From: a virus
Direction: 5' to 3' (one strand)
DNA length: 64,000 nt
Virus record (IMG/VR): IMGVR_UViG_3300013132_000033
Coordinates: 1 to 64,000 of that record
Below the pieces are notes generated by a model that worked only from the letters and a program-made list of their open reading frames with translations, made no database searches and was not told where the DNA came from. The position numbers were made by a program, and so were the translations under genes. This document shows, piece by piece, positions 33,204 to 42,722 of the stretch (positions within the stretch are counted from its first letter, which is position 1; each line of letters starts with the position of its first letter).

Positions 33204-33710
33204 ATGCAAAAATTTAAACGTAACATTTCAGATAGACTTATAACATTAATGCAATATCGAATTGCACAAGAAGAAGCTAGTTCACGATTGTATAAATCAA
33301 TGTCAGTATTTCTTGATTTTAAAGGATATTCAGGAGCTTCCAAGTTGTTTGCTAAATACTCGGAAGAAGAACTTAAACATGCTCAATGGGCATATCAATA
33401 TTTATTAGACTTGGATATTCTTCCTAATGTACCATCATTAGAAGCTCCTAGAAAAGATTTTACAGATCTTGTAGATATTATATATGCTACTTATGAACAT
33501 GAACAACTTATTACAGAGCAATGTGAAAGATTAGCTGAAGAAGCTATGAAAGAAAATGATTTTATGACAATGCATTTAGCTCAACATTACTTAGATGAAC
33601 AAGTTGAAGAATTAGCTAAATCAAATTATTGGGTAAATCGTATAGAAACATTTGGTACTGATAAAGTTATTCTTATGGAAATTGATGAAGAAATGGCAGA
33701 TAAAGCATGA
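33204..33710 (+). CDS. ftnA: ferritin
   Basis: E..SxxLYxxMS, EELKHA, HEQLIT, EQVEE ferroxidase motifs; 168 aa. Confidence 0.85.
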   Translation: MQKFKRNISDRLITLMQYRIAQEEASSRLYKSMSVFLDFKGYSGASKLFAKYSEEELKHAQWAYQYLLDLDILPNVPSLEAPRKDFTDLVDIIYATYEHEQLITEQCERLAEEAMKENDFMTMHLAQHYLDEQVEELAKSNYWVNRIETFGTDKVILMEIDEEMADKA

Positions 33711-34321
33711 CATGTCCTAACTTTAAACTAGAATCAGTCAGAAAAGAGTTTGCAGAATTAAAAGATGCACTCGGAGAAGATCTGGCTTATTTAGCTTGGG
33801 GTAAAAATAATGGTCAGCCTATATATAAAGCTGCTAACGGTCAGGAGAGTAAACTGTTTTCTGGTTTACTCTCTTTGACTGATAAACCTCAAGCTATTAA
33901 AATTAAAACAGCAACGCTTACAAAATCGTTTCAAGAATGGTTTGGTGACAGTAAACAAGTTGATGAAAATAAAGAACCATTAATTAAATTTGTACATGAT
34001 AATAAATTTCTTCAGTTAGAAAATTTAAATTCATTATCTGGAGTGTATGCTGTATTTAGTAAAGAAGCTAATTATAATAAATCAGCAATTAAACTAATTT
34101 TTAATTCCGATATTAAAAGTAATCGAAGTGATTACGATGATGATCTAAGTATTAAAATTGAAAATCGGGCTCAAACACAAGTGGATGGATCTATGGCTAC
34201 GGAAATTGTATCGAACTTTGACTATTATTTTCCTGACTATAGTTATTTTAATGAGCAGCAGCGCAATGTCATCGCCGATATGGTTGAACGAGGTAAAATT
34301 CAAATCACCTGCAAATTCTAA
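33707..34321 (+). CDS. hypothetical protein (large polyvalent protein-associated-like)
   Basis: ORF track; 'SFQEWFGDSKQVDENKEPL' motif common in phage polyvalent proteins. Confidence 0.6.
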   Translation: MTCPNFKLESVRKEFAELKDALGEDLAYLAWGKNNGQPIYKAANGQESKLFSGLLSLTDKPQAIKIKTATLTKSFQEWFGDSKQVDENKEPLIKFVHDNKFLQLENLNSLSGVYAVFSKEANYNKSAIKLIFNSDIKSNRSDYDDDLSIKIENRAQTQVDGSMATEIVSNFDYYFPDYSYFNEQQRNVIADMVERGKIQITCKF

Positions 34322-34322
34322 C

Positions 34323-34757
34323 ATGGAACTAAAAGTTATAAGAAAAACATTTACACCGTTATATACAATGGGGGAACTCTATGTAAACGGTCAATTTTTT
34401 TGCTATACAATGGAAGATCGCGACAGAAATCTTTCTGAATCAGATAGTAAAGCAAAAATTAAATCGGTAAAAGTAGCAAAACAAACAGCTATTCCTTATG
34501 GTGAATATAGATTAATATTATCTTATTCAAAAAAACTTAAAAGATTTTTACCTTTAATATTAGATGTACCTGGATTTCAAGGTATTCGTTTACATAAAGG
34601 ATCTACTCAAGAATGGTCTAGTGGATGTATATTATTAGGTATGAAAAAAGAACAAGATAAATTAACTCATATAGTTGAAGCTGAAACTAAACTAGTAGCA
34701 CTATTAAAAACTGTTAATGAAACTGAAGCCAGCTATATTAAAATCATAAAACAATAA
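34323..34757 (+). CDS. DUF5675 family protein (putative endolysin / L,D-transpeptidase-like)
   Basis: TxGxLY...CYTMED...TAIPxGxY...VPGFxGIRLHxG...SSGCILLG; start re-assigned to ATG 34323 (track start 34158 overlaps the upstream gene). Confidence 0.75.
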   Translation: MELKVIRKTFTPLYTMGELYVNGQFFCYTMEDRDRNLSESDSKAKIKSVKVAKQTAIPYGEYRLILSYSKKLKRFLPLILDVPGFQGIRLHKGSTQEWSSGCILLGMKKEQDKLTHIVEAETKLVALLKTVNETEASYIKIIKQ

Positions 34758-34759
34758 CT

Positions 34760-37700
34760 ATGAGTTGTAATGCAAGTACACCTGAAGAGTTAATTAATAT
34801 TGTAAAAAATGGTAAAGCTGTTTATAATACTAAAAAGAATCAAACTCAAGCAGAATCAGTAGCTAATCTTAAACATACTCAAAATAACTTTATAAAATCT
34901 GATGGTAAATATACTATAATAAACACACCTGTTCAATTAGCTACTACTATTACTACAAGAATTTCTGAGCAATATAACAAAAAAAGCAATACTAAAGAAA
35001 CCGCTCAATCATTAGCTAATTTAAAAACAAGAGCTAGTATTGGTACATTAGTACATAGTATTCAAGAAAAAATAACGTCTGTTATTTACAATGATATTAA
35101 AGATATGTCATTAGACGCTGCATTAAATTATTTAGCAAATGTTGAATATATAACTTATGAAAATACTGTAAAAAATCAAATTAAAACTATCAAAGCTAGT
35201 AATCCAGATTTAGCTGAAGTTACTATTATAGCTAATCAATTAGAAAATTTATTTGCAGGAGGTCGTGATATTTTATTACAAATATATAATCAACAAAAAG
35301 CTATTACTAAGCTTACAGGTATTGAAGGTACACCTCAGTTATTTTTTGAACAAATTATTATTGATCCTAAAAATGATATAGGTGGTACTGCAGATTTAAT
35401 TGCTATTTATAGTGATAATACTGCTGCAGTATATGATTATAAAACTAAAATACCATATAAAAAATATGTTGATAATGATGGTAATCTTATTAGTTATGAT
35501 TACATATCTTATAACGATAAAGAAAAATATAAAAAACAATTAGGTACTATTGCCAGAATACTTGAACGTAATTATGGTATATCTAAAGTAATTAAAAGTC
35601 GTATTGTACCAATTCAAATTACAGCAGCATTTGATCCTGATACTAGTCTTATTAGTAGTCATATATCACAAATTAAAATTGGTGTTAAACAAAGTGAATT
35701 TTTAAATCAATACGCACCTATTCCTGAATTAACCGGGTTTAAAGGATTGGATGAGTTTTTAAAAGCTATTGATAAAAATATTAAAAACTTGGAAAATAAA
35801 CTAAGATCTGATCCAACAAATAGAACATCTTTAAAAGAACAATTAATAACTTTAGAGCATGCTCGTCAAGCAGTATTAACTAAACATAGTTTTAATGAAT
35901 TAATGGATTATGCTCAAACATTATTTAATAAAGCGTCTTCAGATAATCTTAGTAAAATGACTATTGAAGAATTGAGGTTTTTAAAAGAACAACTTCATAC
36001 TTTAATGTTGTTATCAAGATCTACTTATGAATATCGTAATGCATTAGATCCTGTAGTGCATGCTGATATTATTAAACAACTTGAAGATACTATTAAAGAA
36101 ATGACAGCTATTGTAAATGATAAATATCAAGATGTAGAAAATGAATTATATTTTAATCGTGTAGCTAAATTAGTACAAGATCTTACAGGATATAGTATTG
36201 TAGATCAATCAGGACGATTGATACCATTTAACGAAGAAGGTTTTGCAGGTAAGAATTTTTATCAACTTAGTAACTTTGAAAATCCAATTTTTAAAACATA
36301 TCGTAAACTTTTAGATGATGCTCAATATGAAACTAAACGTAATACATTAGATAGTATTGAAGAAATTACTAAAATAGATAATGATCTTAGAAATTGGATG
36401 AAAGCTAATGGTAAAGATGAAGCTTGGTTTGTAGCTACTTTCATTGATACTAATAAAGATTCTAGTAATGTAGATAATCTTCATAATAAATTATCTAAAG
36501 AGTTTAGAACTAAACTAAAAGAATTAAAATCATCTAAAAATATTAATGAAATTATTAAAATGTACGAACCTGTTAGTGGTTATCAAAAATATTATGATAA
36601 TGCTTTTCAAAATGAAAAAAATCGTCTTGAAGTAATTTATAAAGGTGATCAAAACAAAATAAATAACTTTTTAAATAAATGGGTATCTGAGCATAGTCTT
36701 GAATTAAAAAATGGTACACCAGTATATCCTGACGCTTGGATAAATTCATTTTTAAAAGATAAACTCAAACTTAAAGACAATGTAAAATCAGATAATTATT
36801 CTAAAGAATATCAATATATTTTAAGCATACCTCAAGCAAAAGCTTATTATGATATGTTTGAAAGATATAATGATAAATTTAGAGATATTCTTGGAGTAGA
36901 GTATTTTAAATTACCTAATAACTTTTTACCTAATGTTCGTAAAAGTAATATTGATAGACTAATGGATAATGGTATGATTGAAGGTACTAAAGATGTATTA
37001 AACAATTTCTTGGAAGAACTTAATGTTAGAGAAGATGATATGATGTATGGGGAATTAGATGAGAACCTAGAAGGTCTAAAAAAAACCATCCCGCGTTTTT
37101 ATTTGAATCCTTTCAAAGACGCTGATGGTAATGTTATAGTAGGTGAGAAAAGTTATGACTTAACTAAGTCATTAATTTTGTTTAGTAAAATGGCTTACAA
37201 TTACGAACAAATGAATCGTATTGAAGGTGCTGTATTAGCTATGCGAGATTTTATGTCTGATAAAGCAGAACAGTTTATTAAACGTGGTGGTAATGTACTT
37301 AGAGATGATTTAGTAGGTACAGAATTAGCAGCTAAAGTTAAAGGTAAAAGTATTGAAAAAATATTTGATACTTTTATTGATATGTATTTATATGGTGTAA
37401 GTATTCAACCTATCAGCGAAGATTCATCTGGTCAGTTGGAAAAGTTAATAATGGAAGCTAAGCAATATTATACTTTAAAAGCTTTAGGTTTAGGATTTAT
37501 TCCTGCTGCTGGTTCGTTTATATCTGCTAAAATACAATCTGCTATTGAAGGATTTAAAGGTCAAATATATACTAAAGATCAGTATAAAAAAGCTATGACA
37601 TATTCATATAAAGAACGTGAAAAGTTTTTAGCTTTAACTGCTTTCTTTGATCCAATGGATGTTAAATATGAATTTTTTAGTATTGGAGATAAACCTAAAT

Positions 37701-38836
37701 TTGGTCTTGGTGATTCTAGAGAACGTAATCCTATTAAACGTTATGTAAGTAGTAGAATGTTAATGCGTGTATTTAGTGCTGGTGATGAATTTATTGATGA
37801 AGTAATTCTTGCATCTATGGCTCAGAATTATTATATTGATAATGACGGTGCTGTACGACGTATGCGAAGTGAAGAAGATAGAGTTAAATATGCTGAAAGA
37901 TCTGTATGGAATTTATTTAATTACAAAGATGGTGAAGCTAAATTAAACATTCCTGATGAACAAGTTAAAGAAGTTGTTAAAACCATTCGTAATGCAGCTC
38001 AAGCAGCTCAAAGTAAAATTAAAGGTGTAATTCCTGAAACTGATAAAGCTTATTGGCAATCTCAAATTGTAGGTCAAGTAGTAATGCATTTTAAATCATG
38101 GATGCCTGGATTATTACGTGAGCGATTTGGTAAAGAAAAGTATAACGATGCTTTACAAATAATGGAAATGGGTAGGTTTATAGCTCTTAAACGTGAAATG
38201 TATACTGACGATAAACTTGGAGCAATGGAGTTTATGAAAAGTATTGCTATACCTAAACTATTAGATTTATCTAAACAGTTAGTTTGGTTTAGTGGTACTA
38301 AAGGTAATCCTCGAGTAAGACTTGCTTATGAAAATTGGCTAATGAATAATCCTCAATATAAAGATAAAGTAAGTTTTGAAGAATATCAAGAATCACAACA
38401 AGCTCAAATGAAAGCTTTAATTATAGAGCTTAGAATTATTCTTACATTTGCTCTTATGATAGCATTACTTGGATCTGATTTTGATGATGATGGTAAAAAA
38501 ATGTATCAAGAAATGTGGGCAACTAGAAAACTTGCTGCAGTTATTGTTAAAGTAAATCAAGAATTAAGTTTTAGTTATAATCCTAAAGAGTTTGCTAAAA
38601 TGATTGCTAACCCCATTCCTACTGCAAGTTTATTAGTTGATGCAACTAAAGCTATTGGTAATACATATGATACTGCTATTGATATTACACTTGGTCAAAA
38701 GTTTCCATTACCATTTCATAAACCTGAAAAAAATGATAAAACTCCATTTATGTATTATAGTTCAAGATTTATTCCTGGAGGTTATCATTTAACTAAATTG
38801 TTTGAAATATTTGATCAACCCGATCCATTAAAATAA
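34760..38836 (+). CDS. large virion cargo-like protein with N-terminal PD-(D/E)xK nuclease domain
   Basis: 1358 aa; GTLVH...E...GGTADLI...DYKT...QL motif in the first ~280 aa. Confidence 0.65.
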   Translation: MSCNASTPEELINIVKNGKAVYNTKKNQTQAESVANLKHTQNNFIKSDGKYTIINTPVQLATTITTRISEQYNKKSNTKETAQSLANLKTRASIGTLVHSIQEKITSVIYNDIKDMSLDAALNYLANVEYITYENTVKNQIKTIKASNPDLAEVTIIANQLENLFAGGRDILLQIYNQQKAITKLTGIEGTPQLFFEQIIIDPKNDIGGTADLIAIYSDNTAAVYDYKTKIPYKKYVDNDGNLISYDYISYNDKEKYKKQLGTIARILERNYGISKVIKSRIVPIQITAAFDPDTSLISSHISQIKIGVKQSEFLNQYAPIPELTGFKGLDEFLKAIDKNIKNLENKLRSDPTNRTSLKEQLITLEHARQAVLTKHSFNELMDYAQTLFNKASSDNLSKMTIEELRFLKEQLHTLMLLSRSTYEYRNALDPVVHADIIKQLEDTIKEMTAIVNDKYQDVENELYFNRVAKLVQDLTGYSIVDQSGRLIPFNEEGFAGKNFYQLSNFENPIFKTYRKLLDDAQYETKRNTLDSIEEITKIDNDLRNWMKANGKDEAWFVATFIDTNKDSSNVDNLHNKLSKEFRTKLKELKSSKNINEIIKMYEPVSGYQKYYDNAFQNEKNRLEVIYKGDQNKINNFLNKWVSEHSLELKNGTPVYPDAWINSFLKDKLKLKDNVKSDNYSKEYQYILSIPQAKAYYDMFERYNDKFRDILGVEYFKLPNNFLPNVRKSNIDRLMDNGMIEGTKDVLNNFLEELNVREDDMMYGELDENLEGLKKTIPRFYLNPFKDADGNVIVGEKSYDLTKSLILFSKMAYNYEQMNRIEGAVLAMRDFMSDKAEQFIKRGGNVLRDDLVGTELAAKVKGKSIEKIFDTFIDMYLYGVSIQPISEDSSGQLEKLIMEAKQYYTLKALGLGFIPAAGSFISAKIQSAIEGFKGQIYTKDQYKKAMTYSYKEREKFLALTAFFDPMDVKYEFFSIGDKPKFGLGDSRERNPIKRYVSSRMLMRVFSAGDEFIDEVILASMAQNYYIDNDGAVRRMRSEEDRVKYAERSVWNLFNYKDGEAKLNIPDEQVKEVVKTIRNAAQAAQSKIKGVIPETDKAYWQSQIVGQVVMHFKSWMPGLLRERFGKEKYNDALQIMEMGRFIALKREMYTDDKLGAMEFMKSIAIPKLLDLSKQLVWFSGTKGNPRVRLAYENWLMNNPQYKDKVSFEEYQESQQAQMKALIIELRIILTFALMIALLGSDFDDDGKKMYQEMWATRKLAAVIVKVNQELSFSYNPKEFAKMIANPIPTASLLVDATKAIGNTYDTAIDITLGQKFPLPFHKPEKNDKTPFMYYSSRFIPGGYHLTKLFEIFDQPDPLK

Positions 38837-38851
38837 TACAAAAGGTAAAAT

Positions 38852-38888
38852 AAAAAGCCCGGCCACTATTACAGTGACTGGGCTTTTT
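38852..38888. terminator. bidirectional intrinsic terminator
   Basis: AAAAAGCCCGGCCACT-ATTAC-AGTGACTGGGCTTTTT at the convergence of the + and - gene blocks. Confidence 0.85.
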
Positions 38889-38892
38889 GTGT

Positions 38893-38979
38893 TTATAACC
38901 AAATTATAATAATAAGACCTCCTATTATTATTACAGCGAACATTAGTTCAGCTAAAAAACTTTTATTTTTATACTCCAT
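38893..38979 (-). CDS. small single-TM protein (28 aa)
   Basis: Hand translation MEYKNKSFLAELMFAVIIIGGLIIIIWL*; not in the ORF track. Confidence 0.5.
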   Translation of the reverse strand: MEYKNKSFLAELMFAVIIIGGLIIIIWL

Positions 38980-38981
38980 AA

Positions 38982-39077
38982 TTAACAGTTTATGTAAATC
39001 ATAGCTACAGCTAAAAATATTAGTATGATACCTGTACCAATATCGTATTTATCAATATCTGAATAATTATTTTCCAT
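38982..39077 (-). CDS. small single-TM protein (31 aa)
   Basis: Hand translation MENNYSDIDKYDIGTGIILIFLAVAMIYINC*; start overlaps the end of the upstream gene. Confidence 0.5.
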   Translation of the reverse strand: MENNYSDIDKYDIGTGIILIFLAVAMIYINC

Positions 39078-39390
39078 ATTTTTTAATTTGATATGTGATC
39101 ATCATTGCGTTTAAGGCAATTGAATATAAATGCCCTAGTTCTTCATCACCATCTTTGTAATTTCCTTTTAATACTTCCATTGTATGCCTTATCAATGATT
39201 GCTTTAAACGATCTACACCATCTGACATTGGTTTTTGCCAATTCCATTTAGGGTAAATAGTTTTATTATTAGACATTGTTTTAGCCATACCTTCAACAAA
39301 TTCCCAATCTACTTCATAATACAATTTAGCTTTATCATCTTTAACACCTTCGACAGTTTGAACAGTTTCATTTAGGGATTTCCCCGCCAT
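39067..39390 (-). CDS. dATP/dGTP diphosphohydrolase-domain protein (DUF5664-like)
   Basis: GVKDDxxK...Y..WNWQK...SLIRH...HLxxIAxNAMM; start probably ATG 39390. Confidence 0.7.
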   Translation of the reverse strand: MAGKSLNETVQTVEGVKDDKAKLYYEVDWEFVEGMAKTMSNNKTIYPKWNWQKPMSDGVDRLKQSLIRHTMEVLKGNYKDGDEELGHLYSIALNAMMITYQIKKYGK

Positions 39391-39553
39391 CGGGCCTATC
39401 GGTTGGTTTGTAATCTGCAACGGTACCGGGGTGTTTGTTGTCATTACGTTTCCAGTTGTCATTAAATTGTTTATTTAATTGAGTAATGGTTGCTCTAACA
39501 TCTTCTTCTTTAAGATCTTCTAAATCGCGAATGTCTTTATAGTCTTTACTCAT
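39368..39553 (-). CDS. hypothetical protein
   Basis: Track ORF 39368-39604, probable start MSKDY at 39553. Confidence 0.5.
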   Translation of the reverse strand: MSKDYKDIRDLEDLKEEDVRATITQLNKQFNDNWKRNDNKHPGTVADYKPTDRPDGGEIPK

Positions 39554-40085
39554 AACGATTGTTTGCAAGATAATCAGTGTATTGATCAGGATAACGACCA
39601 GCAAGTTTTTCGATGTTTAGTCGCATAACGTTTTCAATTTTAAAAGGTTTAGCGGCAATCCAGTTAATAATTGTATATACTGCTTTTTGAATATGATCTA
39701 AAGGTACATAACCTTTATGATTTACAGTTTCTAAATCTCGATTGTAAACCCAATGAGCTTTAAATTCTGATGTTAGTGTTTCAATTGCTTTTTCAATATT
39801 AGCATTACCGGGATCGTTATCAGATTCAAATCGCAAATTAGCAAAATGACAAAGTCCTGCAAGATACCATAAAATATCTCCAAGCTCTTTCTCAAATTCT
39901 GCAACTAAAGCAATTGATTCATCAATACTTACTGTAGATGCGTTTTTAAAAGATCGCAAATCTGCTTCTTTAGCTTCAAAATATTCTGAGACAATTCCCA
40001 GAAGCATGTGATTAACATTATCCATTAATGTTGGCATTTGTTTGCATGTCCGCAAAGCTGCCGACTGATAAAGTTGGAAATCCAT
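39546..40085 (-). CDS. MazG-like nucleotide pyrophosphohydrolase
   Basis: LGIVSEYFE, KELGDILWY and NIEKLxxRYP motifs; probable start MDFQ at 40085. Confidence 0.8.
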   Translation of the reverse strand: MDFQLYQSAALRTCKQMPTLMDNVNHMLLGIVSEYFEAKEADLRSFKNASTVSIDESIALVAEFEKELGDILWYLAGLCHFANLRFESDNDPGNANIEKAIETLTSEFKAHWVYNRDLETVNHKGYVPLDHIQKAVYTIINWIAAKPFKIENVMRLNIEKLAGRYPDQYTDYLANNRYE

Positions 40086-40755
40086 ATCGTAAGATTTCTT
40101 GATTGAGTGATGGTTTAAAATCGTATTCCATAGCAGTAACATCTGCATTTGTTAAAGTAGTATTAAATTCATCTTTGACTTGATCTATAAAAGTACTTAT
40201 GTAAGATGGATCTTTAGTTAAAACTGACCATTGAACAGTTAATTTTTTACTTGTTTTAATAGATTCTCCATCTACAACTTTTACTTGTATTTCTTTTATA
40301 AACCAATCTTCAAGTTGTTTTTTAGTGTACATTTGAGAATATGTACCTTTAAGAAATAAATCTATTTTTTCAGGAAATGGTAATTTTAATACAACTACAT
40401 GATAATGACCTGTACGATTACTATCATAACAATAATCTGTAACATAAGCAGAATGTGATTGAAAGTACATTAAAGATTGACTAAACACAATTCTGCTTGA
40501 TGCTACATCTGTATAATTACCTGCTTTACGTCTACCATTTGTATCGAATAACATGTATACATTTGACTCTAGCTTTCTAGAATCTTCTGTAACATTAAAT
40601 CCGAAATCTTGTAAAGCAAATGCTATAATAGAATTTTTCGATAAGTGACTTATAAAATCTTCACCGTAATGTTGTAGTTGTTGAACAAGGTATAATCTAC
40701 ATTTATTCATTACAACTCCATTATCAGGATCAATTTGTTTATTTGTATAATACAT
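40018..40755 (-). CDS. hypothetical protein
   Basis: Track ORF 40018-40806, probable start MYYT at 40755. Confidence 0.65.
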   Translation of the reverse strand: MYYTNKQIDPDNGVVMNKCRLYLVQQLQHYGEDFISHLSKNSIIAFALQDFGFNVTEDSRKLESNVYMLFDTNGRRKAGNYTDVASSRIVFSQSLMYFQSHSAYVTDYCYDSNRTGHYHVVVLKLPFPEKIDLFLKGTYSQMYTKKQLEDWFIKEIQVKVVDGESIKTSKKLTVQWSVLTKDPSYISTFIDQVKDEFNTTLTNADVTAMEYDFKPSLNQEILRYGFPTLSVGSFADMQTNANING

Positions 40756-40792
40756 TAGGATTATATGATTAAGCAGTTTGATTTGCAGAATC

Positions 40793-41191
40793 TCAAAGAA
40801 TGTCAAGAATATCTTGCTGTTGATGTAACATTAATTTAATAAAATCATCTAGCGTCATTGTTATTTGAGTATGTTGTGGACCTCTTTTATGTCCAGCACC
40901 TACGTTTAATTCATACGCTAAAACTACAGGGTAAGATTGAATTATATGATCTTTTTTAAAGTTTTTTAATAAGTTATCTTTAATATATTCATACTCTTCT
41001 TCAAATCTAGGTCTACGAGTAGCATAACCTGATTTACATTGCCACAATACATTAGTACCAATCAAATCAATACCACAAGCGTCTAACATTCTGCTAGAAG
41101 ATCTTGTAGTTCTACACTTCTCGTGACCTAGACTTTCTCGAACTATTTTAGCAATTTTTCTTTCAAAGTTATGACCTTTTTTTCGGCTCAT
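40793..41191 (-). CDS. Holliday junction resolvase (Hjc-like PD-(D/E)xK)
   Basis: KGxxFERxIA...D...QCK motif. Confidence 0.75.
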   Translation of the reverse strand: MSRKKGHNFERKIAKIVRESLGHEKCRTTRSSSRMLDACGIDLIGTNVLWQCKSGYATRRPRFEEEYEYIKDNLLKNFKKDHIIQSYPVVLAYELNVGAGHKRGPQHTQITMTLDDFIKLMLHQQQDILDIL

Positions 41192-42722
41192 TTAAAATTG
41201 CGTTAGGGATCGCAAAATTATTATCTGAGCGGAATTCATTGCCATAAACATTACCATCATGACGAATTACTTTTTGAACATTGTCATTTATACGTAATTG
41301 AATATAAGTTTTCAGAAAATCGTAAATTATTTTACCATCGTTATCATTAGCTGGATCATATACTACATTAAAGATTTCATCAAGATCGATTTTGTCTTTA
41401 GTGTATAAAATTCTATCTGCATGTAATTCTACAAATTTAGTAATAGCTGAAGTTATAAAAATCCAGGCTAATGCTTTATGTTTATTTACAGTGCCAGAAT
41501 GTACACGATATTCTATGCGAGAAAACGATAGATTACCAAAATACAAAGGTATCAAGTTAAGAGCGTAATAGCGACTATGCCATTCCCACTTAGGATGATT
41601 ATGTTTTTGATGTCGACGAGTTTCTATGTTATAAGTATTATTGTAAACACCTTCGTTTAACCATGTAAATATAAGTTTATCAGATTCATTAATATCTGAA
41701 GTATTGTCAAGATTATAACGTTTAACAATACCCAAACTTTCTAAAGGTTTACAATGATCTTTTGCACCACCAGTTTTAGACAAGAAGTAACTTAAATCAC
41801 GTTTGTACAACGGTATAAATTGATTAATTTCTTGTTGTAAACGATAGTACAATACATATAATGCAACTCTAAATTTAGGCGTATTTTCAAATCCACTCAT
41901 ATTTACATGAAGTGAATTATTCTGTTGAGCCATAGTATAGGTTGAAAGATCATTAAACAATTGTCGAATATAATCTACAGATAATTTTGATGGTAACGTA
42001 GTAATTTCTGTACCAAGTATAGAACCATCTTTTAATGGTAATGCGCCATACTTATAATACAGTTTTTCTGGAAACCATCCGCCATCAGTTTCTATTTCTA
42101 ATCCGAATGTATAATCAAATAAAAACTTATCAAAATTACTTTTAGCATATTTAACACTTTCAGATTGAGTTTTAATATTTCCAACAATTTCTGAAGGATA
42201 TTCAGCCATACCATATATATTATTAGGTAATGTCCGATATGTAGGTTTTTGTCTAAGTACTATTGGAGCATTAAATACAGGATTGAAACTATAAGCACCT
42301 CTTGAAAAATCATACTTCATATTAAGATATGATGCAGTTTCTTCATTCATAATAAGTTCATCATCTGCAGAAATAATACAATCATCTGTTTTTGTAAAAT
42401 AACCTTTATTGTTGGATCTATCTGGTACTAAACCTTGTACCATATTATCAATAAAATTATATTGCTTTAGGTTATAATCCCAAGCAATTTTTTTACTTAC
42501 CAATCTGTAATATGTATCATTTATTTGATAACAATCCCCAGAGTCTTTTTGATTAATATTACCAATCTTGTAATATTTACCATTAATTAAACGGCATTCA
42601 TTACGAGGATAAGTTTTACCATTATATGTAATAACTGTATTTACAGTTGGTTCTACTTCTTTTGTTGCTTGTTGGATAATAGGTTCTTCAATAACTATTG
42701 GCTTTTTTCTTGATTTACTCAT
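41169..42722 (-). CDS. putative amidoligase (Amidoligase_2-like, COOH-NH2 ligase fold)
   Basis: FGLEIET, KDGS, EITT, SLHVN, RYYALN, IEYRxHSGT motifs. Confidence 0.8.
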   Translation of the reverse strand: MSKSRKKPIVIEEPIIQQATKEVEPTVNTVITYNGKTYPRNECRLINGKYYKIGNINQKDSGDCYQINDTYYRLVSKKIAWDYNLKQYNFIDNMVQGLVPDRSNNKGYFTKTDDCIISADDELIMNEETASYLNMKYDFSRGAYSFNPVFNAPIVLRQKPTYRTLPNNIYGMAEYPSEIVGNIKTQSESVKYAKSNFDKFLFDYTFGLEIETDGGWFPEKLYYKYGALPLKDGSILGTEITTLPSKLSVDYIRQLFNDLSTYTMAQQNNSLHVNMSGFENTPKFRVALYVLYYRLQQEINQFIPLYKRDLSYFLSKTGGAKDHCKPLESLGIVKRYNLDNTSDINESDKLIFTWLNEGVYNNTYNIETRRHQKHNHPKWEWHSRYYALNLIPLYFGNLSFSRIEYRVHSGTVNKHKALAWIFITSAITKFVELHADRILYTKDKIDLDEIFNVVYDPANDNDGKIIYDFLKTYIQLRINDNVQKVIRHDGNVYGNEFRSDNNFAIPNAILNEPKKRS

